Under the pieces are notes generated by a model that had not been told where the DNA came from, made no database searches, and was given only the letters and a program-made list of their open reading frames with translations. Positions 10,357 to 17,867 of a stretch of DNA of 64,000 nucleotides are shown here, in pieces. Position 1 is the stretch's first letter. Every line of letters starts with the position of its first letter. This DNA is from a candidate division FCPU426 bacterium (GTDB lineage: Bacteria > Oederibacteriota > Muellerivitia > Muellerivitales > Muellerivitaceae), in NCBI GenBank assembly GCA_963796105.1, contig CAWCKJ010000004.1, positions 1,312,001 to 1,376,000 on the forward strand. Reading direction: 5' to 3'. The position numbers and the translations under genes are program-made.

Positions 10357-10478
10357 GTGGTTAACACCTGCTGTTAACACCGTGATTTTATTGGTGTTAA
10401 CGCTTAGGGCGACTGTTAACACCGCGATTTTATTGGTGTTAACACTTGGTGTGACTGTTAACACCTCGATTTTGTTGG
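10357..10478 (+). repeat. Tandem repeat block E (42-bp unit with GTTAAC palindromes)
   Basis: CTGTTAACACC at 10371, 10413, 10455. Confidence 0.85.
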
Positions 10479-10622
10479 GCCTAGGAACATGCGCCGGAAA
10501 CCCAGTCGGATAGGGCGATAAACTGCGGGCCGCCCGGGGGTTCAAGCCGTGGGCGAAGCTTGCCAGTGCAGATTTATATAGAATCTGTGCCCACATTTCC
10601 ATCGGCAACTGTCGGCATGTAG

Positions 10623-10769
10623 GAAAACCCGTTCACTAAGCGGAAAACCCAGTTCACTAAAGCCCAAAACCCGGTTCACTTAGGCCCAAAACCCAGTTCA
10701 CTAAAGCCCAAAACCCGGTTCACTGGGTCGAAAACTTAGTTCATTGGAAACAAAAATCCAGTTCACTAA
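10623..10769 (+). repeat. Tandem repeat block F (AAAACCCRGTTCACT x7, 21-22-bp period)
   Basis: GTTCA cores at 10631, 10652, 10674, 10696, 10718, 10739, 10761. Confidence 0.88.
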
Positions 10770-10952
10770 TGCTGTTGGGGCCACTATTTCCGCCGACGGT
10801 GAGGATAACCCGCCCACATTTCAATCATCATTTCCGGAAATGGCGATTCAAAAAATCCATAGTCAATTATTGGCTTGCTCCTTTGAAACCCACAAAAGAT
10901 GATTGGAGATCGCGGGGTAAAAGAGGACCGAATAAGCAAAAAAGGATGAGCC

Positions 10953-11705
10953 ATGGAACAAAATAAGGGTTATGAGAAGGAATTGAGAAGAATCCCCGCC
11001 AGCCGGGTGAGGATCAGCGATCGCATACCCCAATTGTTCTCGGACCCGAACGCGTTGGAAAAGAAAGCTCTGTCCATGAACAGCACCCCTTTTGTGGACC
11101 GCATCAAGGTCCGGCCCCTGACGGAGGAGGAAAAAGAGGAAGATCCCGACCACGACTTCGAGCTTTTCTACGGCGTCCTCACGTTGAAAGGCGCCCAAAT
11201 GCTGGGATGGGCCGAATTGGACGCCTATGTTTTCCAGGTCAGCTTGGAAGATTCCATCACATTGAACCACTTGGAATACCGCTATACCGAGCCCCTGACC
11301 TGGATCGAGACCTACAAGGGGATGGAAAAAATACTGAGGGAAAAACCGGATATGCCCGTGGAGCGCCTGGCCATCCAATTGCGGGAAGACCCCGTGCTGG
11401 CGAAGAAAGTCATGCGGGCCGTGAAGCTCATCAATGAAGGCGCCATGGACGCCATTTGCGTGAGCGTCCAAAACTGCCATGAGGGGAGTATTGACCTGGG
11501 GGGATACCGTTTCCGAATGGAGTTCGCGGTCCCGTTGGCCAAGCTGGAAAATATGGACCCGGACTCCCTCAAGATTGAGGCCCTTGTCGAGAGAACCGTG
11601 AAAATCGCCATCGACAACGAGATGGATATGGACGATATGCTGGACCTGGTGGATTGGGTGCTGGAGGGCAATGAACCTGGGGATTTTTATACTGAGGAAG
11701 CTTGA
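10953..11705 (+). CDS. Divergent ParB/Spo0J-like protein
   Basis: Aligns by eye to the ParB N-domain (IPASRV, IKVRP, FELFYGxxxLKGAQMLGW), EPLTWIE and an HTH (ERLAIQLRED); Arg patch absent. Confidence 0.6.
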   Translation: MEQNKGYEKELRRIPASRVRISDRIPQLFSDPNALEKKALSMNSTPFVDRIKVRPLTEEEKEEDPDHDFELFYGVLTLKGAQMLGWAELDAYVFQVSLEDSITLNHLEYRYTEPLTWIETYKGMEKILREKPDMPVERLAIQLREDPVLAKKVMRAVKLINEGAMDAICVSVQNCHEGSIDLGGYRFRMEFAVPLAKLENMDPDSLKIEALVERTVKIAIDNEMDMDDMLDLVDWVLEGNEPGDFYTEEA

Positions 11706-11723
11706 GCCGATCGCGGCTTTAAA

Positions 11724-11879
11724 TTAACTGCTGGTGGTCACCCCTGCTGTATTGGAATTGAATCCGGTTTGGGTATCATGGCCGAATATTTTCACCGCGG
11801 CGATGACCGCGACCGCTATTAAAGCAACTATCAAGAGGTATTCCGCCATCCCTTGGCCTTTTTGATTTAGCTTTTTCAT
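11724..11879 (-). CDS. Flp family type IVb pilin
   Basis: KGQGMAEYLLIVALIAV prepilin motif, 51 aa. Confidence 0.88.
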   Translation of the reverse strand: MKKLNQKGQGMAEYLLIVALIAVAVIAAVKIFGHDTQTGFNSNTAGVTTSS

Positions 11880-12039
11880 GAATAAAACCTCCCAGTCTTT
11901 GTGCACTTAAAACCATTTAGAAGTGTTTCCCTAATCTTTATTCTTGATCGATGGATTATTTTAATATTACCTGGTTTTTCTTTAAATTGTTGTTTCCACA
12001 AAATCCCTCAAAAATTCTGCCCAAAACGGCAAAGCTGGG

Positions 12040-12143
12040 CTGAAGATTAAAAGAAGTTGGCAGAAGATGAGAAGTTAGCGCAAAAGCTGATAAAGTGATG
12101 AATGATCACTGCCACACGCTGCGGAGCGTGTGGCCAGACCCCT
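12040..12143 (+). mobile_element. Relic RAYT 3' end plus right terminal repeat carrying a hairpin insertion
   Basis: Similar to 26720-26798; TAAAGTGATGAATGAT-[cactGCCACACGCTgcggAGCGTGT]-GGCCAGACCCC. Confidence 0.85.
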
Positions 12144-12356
12144 ATGTTTACTTAAAGTTGGAATAATTTTTTCTTTAGAAAGTTTATAAATAGCCCTACT
12201 TACACCATAAAAAACATCTGATTTATATTCAGCTGATAGGTTATCAATAGACAAAACAAACCACCTTTATACTTTGGCCAGCTCCTGCTTTTGGGAGCTT
12301 TTTTCAACCGAAAGTTCGAATCCAGCGAAGTCGAAAACCTTTTCAACCGTTAGGGA

Positions 12357-12671
12357 TTAACTGGCTTTGCGGAAATCAAAACTAATGTCGAGATGTGCGC
12401 CACAGGCGGCGGCGATCTTTTGAAGAAAACCCAAAGAAGGGATGGACCGGTAAACTCCACTTTCAACCCGGGAAATGCCGCTTTGTTTGGTCCCGATCCG
12501 CCGGGCCAACTCCTTCTGGGTAAATCCCGCGCGTTCACGGGCTTTGCGGATGGCCCCGGCCAAACGGAATTTTTCCTCCTGCTGTTTGGCCAAAATCCGG
12601 ACTTCGGGGTCCCTTTCGAGCTTTTTAAAAAAGCCTGTCGGGTCGTAATACGGTTTATTGTTCTTTTTCAT
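12357..12671 (-). CDS. XRE-family HTH antitoxin (HigA-like)
   Basis: ARERAGFTQKELARRIGTKQSGISRVESG; downstream of and overlapping the toxin gene. Confidence 0.9.
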   Translation of the reverse strand: MKKNNKPYYDPTGFFKKLERDPEVRILAKQQEEKFRLAGAIRKARERAGFTQKELARRIGTKQSGISRVESGVYRSIPSLGFLQKIAAACGAHLDISFDFRKAS

Positions 12672-13002
12672 AAGCTAAAACCTCCTTCATCCTTTTCCAA
12701 GCCAACTCAAAATCCAGCCTGGATATCTTTTGCGTCTTCTTCTTGAACGCGTGAAGCCAAAACATTTTAGGGCCGGACACCAAAACATAAGCTATCCGGT
12801 ATGAACCATCCAAACCCCTGAATTTTATTTCCCAAAGCTTCCCCTCGATTGGTTTAAAGATGACGTATGGGAACTTCAAACCCTCGCGCTCAATCCCCTT
12901 CCAAACATCCGAAAACAAGACTTTGTCATCTTTCGACAACCCCGAGATAAATTCCTCGACGGGTTTCCGGCCGGAAGGGGTTTGGTAGAAGTCCACTTTC
13001 AT
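12655..13002 (-). CDS. RelE/ParE-family toxin (HigB / phage Gp49-like)
   Basis: FYQTPSGRKPVEEF, KLWEIK, YRIAY, LHAFKKKTQK. Confidence 0.9.
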   Translation of the reverse strand: MKVDFYQTPSGRKPVEEFISGLSKDDKVLFSDVWKGIEREGLKFPYVIFKPIEGKLWEIKFRGLDGSYRIAYVLVSGPKMFWLHAFKKKTQKISRLDFELAWKRMKEVLAYEKEQ

Positions 13003-13008
13003 AATCAG

Positions 13009-13030
13009 AGTATAACACATATGTTATGTC
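13009..13030 (-). promoter_or_regulatory. TA promoter (extended -10 TGTTATACT) overlapped by the palindrome ATAACAcataTGTTAT
   Basis: -10 lies 6 nt before the ATG; the palindrome is a probable antitoxin operator. Confidence 0.55.
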
Positions 13031-13139
13031 CTAAAAAGGCCAAAAATGTGCCGGGTAGCGCCGCATGCGGCGGCCCCCCGGCGGGGCTGGAAGGTTAATC
13101 CCCTATTGCGGGATTTCCTTCAGGCTTTGCTCGAGAAAC

Positions 13140-13192
13140 AGGGGTCAGGCCACACGCTCCGCAGCGTGTGGCAGTGATCATTCATCACTTTA
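13140..13192 (+). mobile_element. RAYT left terminal repeat with hairpin insertion
   Basis: Inverted copy (one mismatch) of 12091-12143. Confidence 0.9.
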
Positions 13193-13199
13193 CTGTCCG

Positions 13200-13886
13200 C
13201 GTCACAACCGCGCAGGACATTTGTACCAGGGGCGTTATAAGGCGATTTTGGTCCATAAGGATAGTTATTTAAAGGAATTATGCAGGTATGTGGTCTTGAA
13301 TCCGGTCCGGGCCAAGATGGTCAAGCATCCGAAGGAATGGAAATGGAGCAGTTACCGGGCTACGGCAGGTTATGAGACCGAGCCGGAATGGGTGGAAAAT
13401 AAATGGCTTTTGGAACAGTTTGGAAAAGTGAAACATAAGGCGCAGGGTTTGTACCGGAAGTTCGTGTTGGAAGGTTTGAGGAAGAAAGAGAGCCCATGGG
13501 AGCAAGTAACATCGCAGATCATATTGGGGGGGGAAAGTTTTGAGGAGCACATTAAAGGGAAGATTAGGGGGAAGCATCACCATGAGGCGCACAGGGAACA
13601 ACGGAAATTGGGCTTGCCGGATGCCGAGGAAACGCTGAAAAAGATCGGGAAAATGCATGGGATTATGGTGAAAGATATGGTGGTTCCGACCCGGCAGAAA
13701 AACGAAGGGCGGGAAGCGGCGGTATGGGCCTTGCGTCAGATATGCCGATTAAGTTTAGGGGAAGTGGCTAAGAAGATGGGGGTAAAATACTCCGCGGTAA
13801 GCCATGCGGTGGCAAGGATGAAGAAACGCATTCGGGAGGAAAAGGGTCTTGAGGAAAAGATTCGTAATGCCGTTTTCAAGACCTGA
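13200..13886 (+). pseudogene. 5'-truncated RAYT-like Y1 transposase (second subtype)
   Basis: GHLYQGRYK, RYVVLNPVRA, WKWSSY; HUH motif missing; ends in TTCAAGACCTGACCC. Confidence 0.88.
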
Positions 13887-13904
13887 CCCTTATTTTCTCT
13901 GTTT

Positions 13905-14158
13905 GCCTGATCCGCGACGTAAACATTTCCGGAGCCATCAACCGCTACGCCACTAGGAGCGTAAAATGTTGCGTTTGTCGCGGGGCCATTGGTGGCCCCC
14001 GTGACTCCGGCTTGACCAGCCAGGATTGTTACCACGCCGCCATTTTAATGCGAGGTGGGTGCGGTGGGATTGTTGCTTTTACTGCAGGCGAAGGGAGAAA
14101 AAAATAGAAAAGCTAAAAAGAAGAGTCCGGAACCCAGAAGATAAAATAGTCGGCGCAT
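13905..14158 (-). pseudogene. NHL-repeat lipoprotein pseudogene
   Basis: Lipobox PFAC, in-frame TAA at 14045-14047, one NHL repeat, then cut at the RAYT right end. Confidence 0.8.
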
Positions 14159-14233
14159 GCTTAGCCCTCCATAAATATATTTAAGAAACAAGAATAGCAC
14201 CGATCTCGATATATTTTTATGGTAGATCGGCAC
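14157..14233. repeat. Double-hairpin repeat, copy 2 (first hairpin decayed)
   Basis: Close match to 16062-16138. Confidence 0.75.
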
Positions 14234-14257
14234 ATGGGGAAACCTCCCGGAAAAAAA

Positions 14258-16063
14258 TTAATAAGTAAACTGCATGCAAGTAGAGGGCGCGCTTTCACCC
14301 CCTCCGTTATAAGCTTTTACAAAGAAATATCCGGTTGAAGTACACATTCCCAAAACATTATTTATACTCGTTCCCGTGACAGTGTTAGGCCAAGAAGCGG
14401 CGCTTGAGCAAGAGCTGCCAATATAGACTATGTACCCAGTACAATTGCTGACCGGGTCCCAAGATAGGGTGTCATTGATATCTTGATAGCCGCAGCAAGG
14501 CATATAGCAAAGCTGGTTTCCGCAACATTCAACTGCGGATAAATTCGTCGGCGCGGTTGGAGGAATAACCGTAATTGTGGGCGTTGGGCTTGTCGTGGCT
14601 GTTGGGGACAGGGTAATGGTCGGCGTCCATGTGATAGTGGGCGTCCTTGTAATAGTAGGTGTAGTTGTTGGAGTTGCCGTAGGGGGCGCATTGATGATTT
14701 GAACGTCGTCGATATATAGGTTGCCCGATCCTCCCGGTGACATACCCCAAAAACCGATGCCGATGGAAATTATTTGCGAAGGATCGCCTCCACTTGACCC
14801 GGGCACCACCGTGACCGGTATCCACAAACCCGAATTTATCCCCGCAACTGGGGCTATTGAACTCCCATTTTCAACTTGGGTAGTGGGCCCGCCCAGGATG
14901 CTCTGGCAAAGAATATTGATGTAGGTGTTTCCGTTCGCCACCAAGGAAGAATCCGCCATAACCCACGCTATTATTTCCTTGCCAGTCAGGTTTTGGGTGG
15001 AACCGTACCAAATCAGAATGGACCCATTACCCATTGTCGTTCCCATGTAGGTGACGGAGGCATCCAAAGCCCCTCCTCCGTTATGATAAATGCTATTCGA
15101 GATGTCCAAATTGATGCCGGTATCCGTATTAGTCCAGGGGTGCCAGCACTCCAAACTATTGTCAAAGGTGTATGAAGAAAGTACGCTGTTAGGCGCACAA
15201 AAAGTGGCCGTGGAAGTGGGGGTAAATATCGAGGTTGATGTCAGGGTGGGGGTATAAGTCGGGGCGCCAGGGGCCAAAGTCGGGCTGGGAGTCGGCGTAA
15301 GGGTGGCCGTAGAGGTATAGGTGGGGGTCGGAAGGTTCGATATCTGGACTTCGTCAATATAGAAATTGCCCGCAGCCCCTGCGGGAATGTTGTTTAATGA
15401 CACGCCCAATTCCAGCACCTGGGAAGGGTTGACACTTCCCATACCGGATCCAACCACCAAGGTCAAAGGTATCCATTGACCCGTATTGTTTCCCGCGTTG
15501 AGCGGCGTTTGGCTGCCACCTTCCCAAACAGCGGAGGACCAATTGGGTCCAGTCTGGTCCACCAATTGTAAATAGGTCGCCCAATTGGAGGCCGTTAATC
15601 CGGCATCCACGTATGCCCAGGCAGTGATTTGTTTTCCAGTTAAATCTTGGGGTGTACCAAACACTATTTCCAGCGTCGCTAGGACCTGAGTCGCCGCCGC
15701 GTTTTGTATGAAAGTGTGCAACGATCCCGTGCCGTTATGGAATACGACGCTTGAAATATCCAAGCTGTTGATGGTGGCTCCATTAGTCCAGGTTTGCCAG
15801 CATTCCAGGTTGCTATCGAATGTATATTGCGGAAGATAACTGGTTGGATTGCAGGATGTGGCTGTGGCGGTCGGGGTTGATGTCGGAGTGGAAGTCCAGC
15901 CGTTCAAATTGGTTGGGGTCGAGGTGACTGTCGGAGTATTCGTATTGCTATGACTGCCGGATGGCGAAGAGGGACTTCCCGATTTACTGCAAGAGGTTGG
16001 TAATAACCCAATGAACAAAAGCATGAATAAGCTGAAACACAGCGAATAAAAGAGCTGGCGCAT
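14258..16063 (-). CDS. Lipoprotein with two CBM-like beta-sandwich domains, Thr-Pro linkers and an FN3-like C-terminus
   Basis: Lipobox PTSC; internal duplication YTFDxxLECW...YIDxVQI; PTAPTNLSA...VKAYNGGGES. Confidence 0.75.
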   Translation of the reverse strand: MRQLFYSLCFSLFMLLFIGLLPTSCSKSGSPSSPSGSHSNTNTPTVTSTPTNLNGWTSTPTSTPTATATSCNPTSYLPQYTFDSNLECWQTWTNGATINSLDISSVVFHNGTGSLHTFIQNAAATQVLATLEIVFGTPQDLTGKQITAWAYVDAGLTASNWATYLQLVDQTGPNWSSAVWEGGSQTPLNAGNNTGQWIPLTLVVGSGMGSVNPSQVLELGVSLNNIPAGAAGNFYIDEVQISNLPTPTYTSTATLTPTPSPTLAPGAPTYTPTLTSTSIFTPTSTATFCAPNSVLSSYTFDNSLECWHPWTNTDTGINLDISNSIYHNGGGALDASVTYMGTTMGNGSILIWYGSTQNLTGKEIIAWVMADSSLVANGNTYINILCQSILGGPTTQVENGSSIAPVAGINSGLWIPVTVVPGSSGGDPSQIISIGIGFWGMSPGGSGNLYIDDVQIINAPPTATPTTTPTITRTPTITWTPTITLSPTATTSPTPTITVIPPTAPTNLSAVECCGNQLCYMPCCGYQDINDTLSWDPVSNCTGYIVYIGSSCSSAASWPNTVTGTSINNVLGMCTSTGYFFVKAYNGGGESAPSTCMQFTY

Positions 16064-16138
16064 GCTTAGCCCTCCATAAATATATGTAAGGGGCTAACAT
16101 AGTACCGATCACGATATATTTTTATGGCAGATCGGCAC
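16062..16138. repeat. Double-hairpin repeat, copy 3
   Basis: TTAGCCC..CCATAAA..GGGCTAA plus GTACCGATC..TTTATGG..GATCGGCAC. Confidence 0.78.
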
Positions 16139-16163
16139 ATGGAGAGACCCCCAAAATTATTTA

Positions 16164-16260
16164 TAAAATCCAAAAGGAAAAAAACCTTCGGAAGTCTCCC
16201 CTACGATTAGAAACAACCGGCAAATACTACACTTGATATATAAGTTGGTCAACAAAGCTA
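16164..16260 (-). promoter_or_regulatory. Sigma70 promoter plus conserved leader, copy 1
   Basis: TTGACC-17-TAGTAT; repeated at 21615-21712. Confidence 0.75.
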
Positions 16261-16294
16261 AGCACGGAAAACCATTCTGATTCGGTGATATTCG

Positions 16295-17512
16295 TTAAAA
16301 CGAAATACCAATGTCCCACATGAGCACATCGTAAAGCTTCGAGCCGAATATAAATGTGTCCCGCAATCCGCCTTTGAAATATATCTTTCCCAGTTGTCGA
16401 ACCATTCCCACTTTCAGTACGGCCATAGGATCTTGCTCATTACCAAGATATGTCTCACCAATGCTGATAGTTTGGTTTAAATTCGATTTTCCGCCCTCGA
16501 TAGAAATATAGGCTGGTTCGGATTCAATAAATAAATCTTCCCCATTATCATCCTTGAGATTCTGGCCGTTTTTATCCTTCAGAAATGTTTTTCCTTTTAA
16601 AAAGAAAGTAAATCCCCCGGATAAATCAGTCTCCGTGATTGAGGATGACCCCCCTGAACTCAGGGCCATGAAATCCAATAACAAATCGTCATAAGCGACA
16701 GATCCGGATAAATAAACCGGACCAGCAATATGGATACCGACGGAGCCTTCAATTCCGATTCCGAAATAAACGTCCCCTAATGTGGCGAAACCAAATTGGG
16801 GTTCAATATCCAAATAGAGGGGGTCATTGAACGTCCAACGTGACCCCGTAGATTGGGCCCCCACGGCGGCGCTCGATTGAGGATTCGAAGTCAAGGCCCC
16901 AGCTTCCGTCAATTTCACCTTACTCAGATCGAGGCTTTTTCCGATGGACATGAAAAGTTTCCGGTATTGGGGGAAATCCAACGCGGTGGAACAGCCGTAC
17001 AAGGCGAAACCCACCTTCCCTTTCTCAAACATGAAAACGACGGTTCTCAGTTCGGTTCCAAGCATTTTGTATGTGTAAATGGCGTATTTCCCATGAGAAT
17101 GGGCCGCCTTGATATTTCCTGTCTTTTCAATCTTGAACCCCTCCAACTCGGCTGATATGAATTTAAGGTGTTGATTTACAAATTCATCCAGGGGCAAGTT
17201 CGAACTCAGGGCCTTTGTCACGAAGGTGACATGCTCATTGTTGTTATTAGATGAGGGTCTATCCGCCTCCATGCGAACAAGATAATTACCCACGGTCTGT
17301 TTCATCTCCTTGGGTGGCCACTCAGCAGGAAGTAAGAAGGAAACGTTTTCGGGGGCGTATGTGTAGAGGGTTGTCGGAAGGGATAGCGCTACGGGAGGAC
17401 TGGCCTTTTTCGTTTGGTCCGCCAGGCAGGGGGTCAACGCCAGCGATATCGTCACTAGAAATTGCGCCGAAACCAACAACAAACTTTTACTTGAGAAAAT
17501 TTTATTCAACAT
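16295..17512 (-). CDS. Exported protein, PsbP/DcrB-like N-domain plus putative beta-barrel C-domain
   Basis: Signal peptide; alternating beta-strand pattern; terminal Phe. Confidence 0.55.
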   Translation of the reverse strand: MLNKIFSSKSLLLVSAQFLVTISLALTPCLADQTKKASPPVALSLPTTLYTYAPENVSFLLPAEWPPKEMKQTVGNYLVRMEADRPSSNNNNEHVTFVTKALSSNLPLDEFVNQHLKFISAELEGFKIEKTGNIKAAHSHGKYAIYTYKMLGTELRTVVFMFEKGKVGFALYGCSTALDFPQYRKLFMSIGKSLDLSKVKLTEAGALTSNPQSSAAVGAQSTGSRWTFNDPLYLDIEPQFGFATLGDVYFGIGIEGSVGIHIAGPVYLSGSVAYDDLLLDFMALSSGGSSSITETDLSGGFTFFLKGKTFLKDKNGQNLKDDNGEDLFIESEPAYISIEGGKSNLNQTISIGETYLGNEQDPMAVLKVGMVRQLGKIYFKGGLRDTFIFGSKLYDVLMWDIGISF

Positions 17513-17578
17513 CAGATCGCCTCCCTGAAATATTTACTTCTATTATTAATGAATCAGTCTCTATCAATTATTAACTGA

Positions 17579-17818
17579 TCAACGAACGATGATATGTCCG
17601 CTCGGCACCTGGGAACTTGCCGTTTTATGTTGACTCTTGGATTTCAAAGGAAAAGGGGGTGGTTTTAATTTTCCTTTTTCCACATTTTTCATCGGCCCCG
17701 AATAAGGCGGACGGGTATGTACTCTTTTATGCTTCGCCTTCGGTATAGCTTGCTGGGCCCAAACTGTTGACGCGCAGAGGATTAATCCGGCCATCACGAT
17801 CATGATTATATTTCTCAG
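17579..17818 (-). CDS. Small basic secreted protein
   Basis: AGGAGG RBS followed by CTG (alternative ATG 17803); signal peptide ending VWA-Q; similar to 22533-22760. Confidence 0.55.
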   Translation of the reverse strand: MRNIIMIVMAGLILCASTVWAQQAIPKAKHKRVHTRPPYSGPMKNVEKGKLKPPPFPLKSKSQHKTASSQVPSGHIIVR

Positions 17819-17867
17819 TGAATCCTCCTTAAAATTCCCGCCAATTATTCCTTGTTTCCTGGGTTCA

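Larger units (their letters stand above)
9791..10822 (+). repeat. Recurring separator motif (GA)GGATAAACCGCCCACATTTCC
   Basis: Copies at 9791, 10044, 10322 and 10801, plus a partial copy at 10589. Confidence 0.85.

Noticed and set aside
12310..12330. GTTCGAATCC as a tRNA 3' end or att site
   Set aside because: No T-stem or acceptor-stem pairing
13005..13035. dif/Xer site
   Set aside because: 8-bp spacer and poor outer arms; better explained as the TA operator palindrome
13065..13199. N-terminus of the 273-aa ORF as a real start
   Set aside because: It reads through the terminal repeat; transposase similarity begins only near 13200
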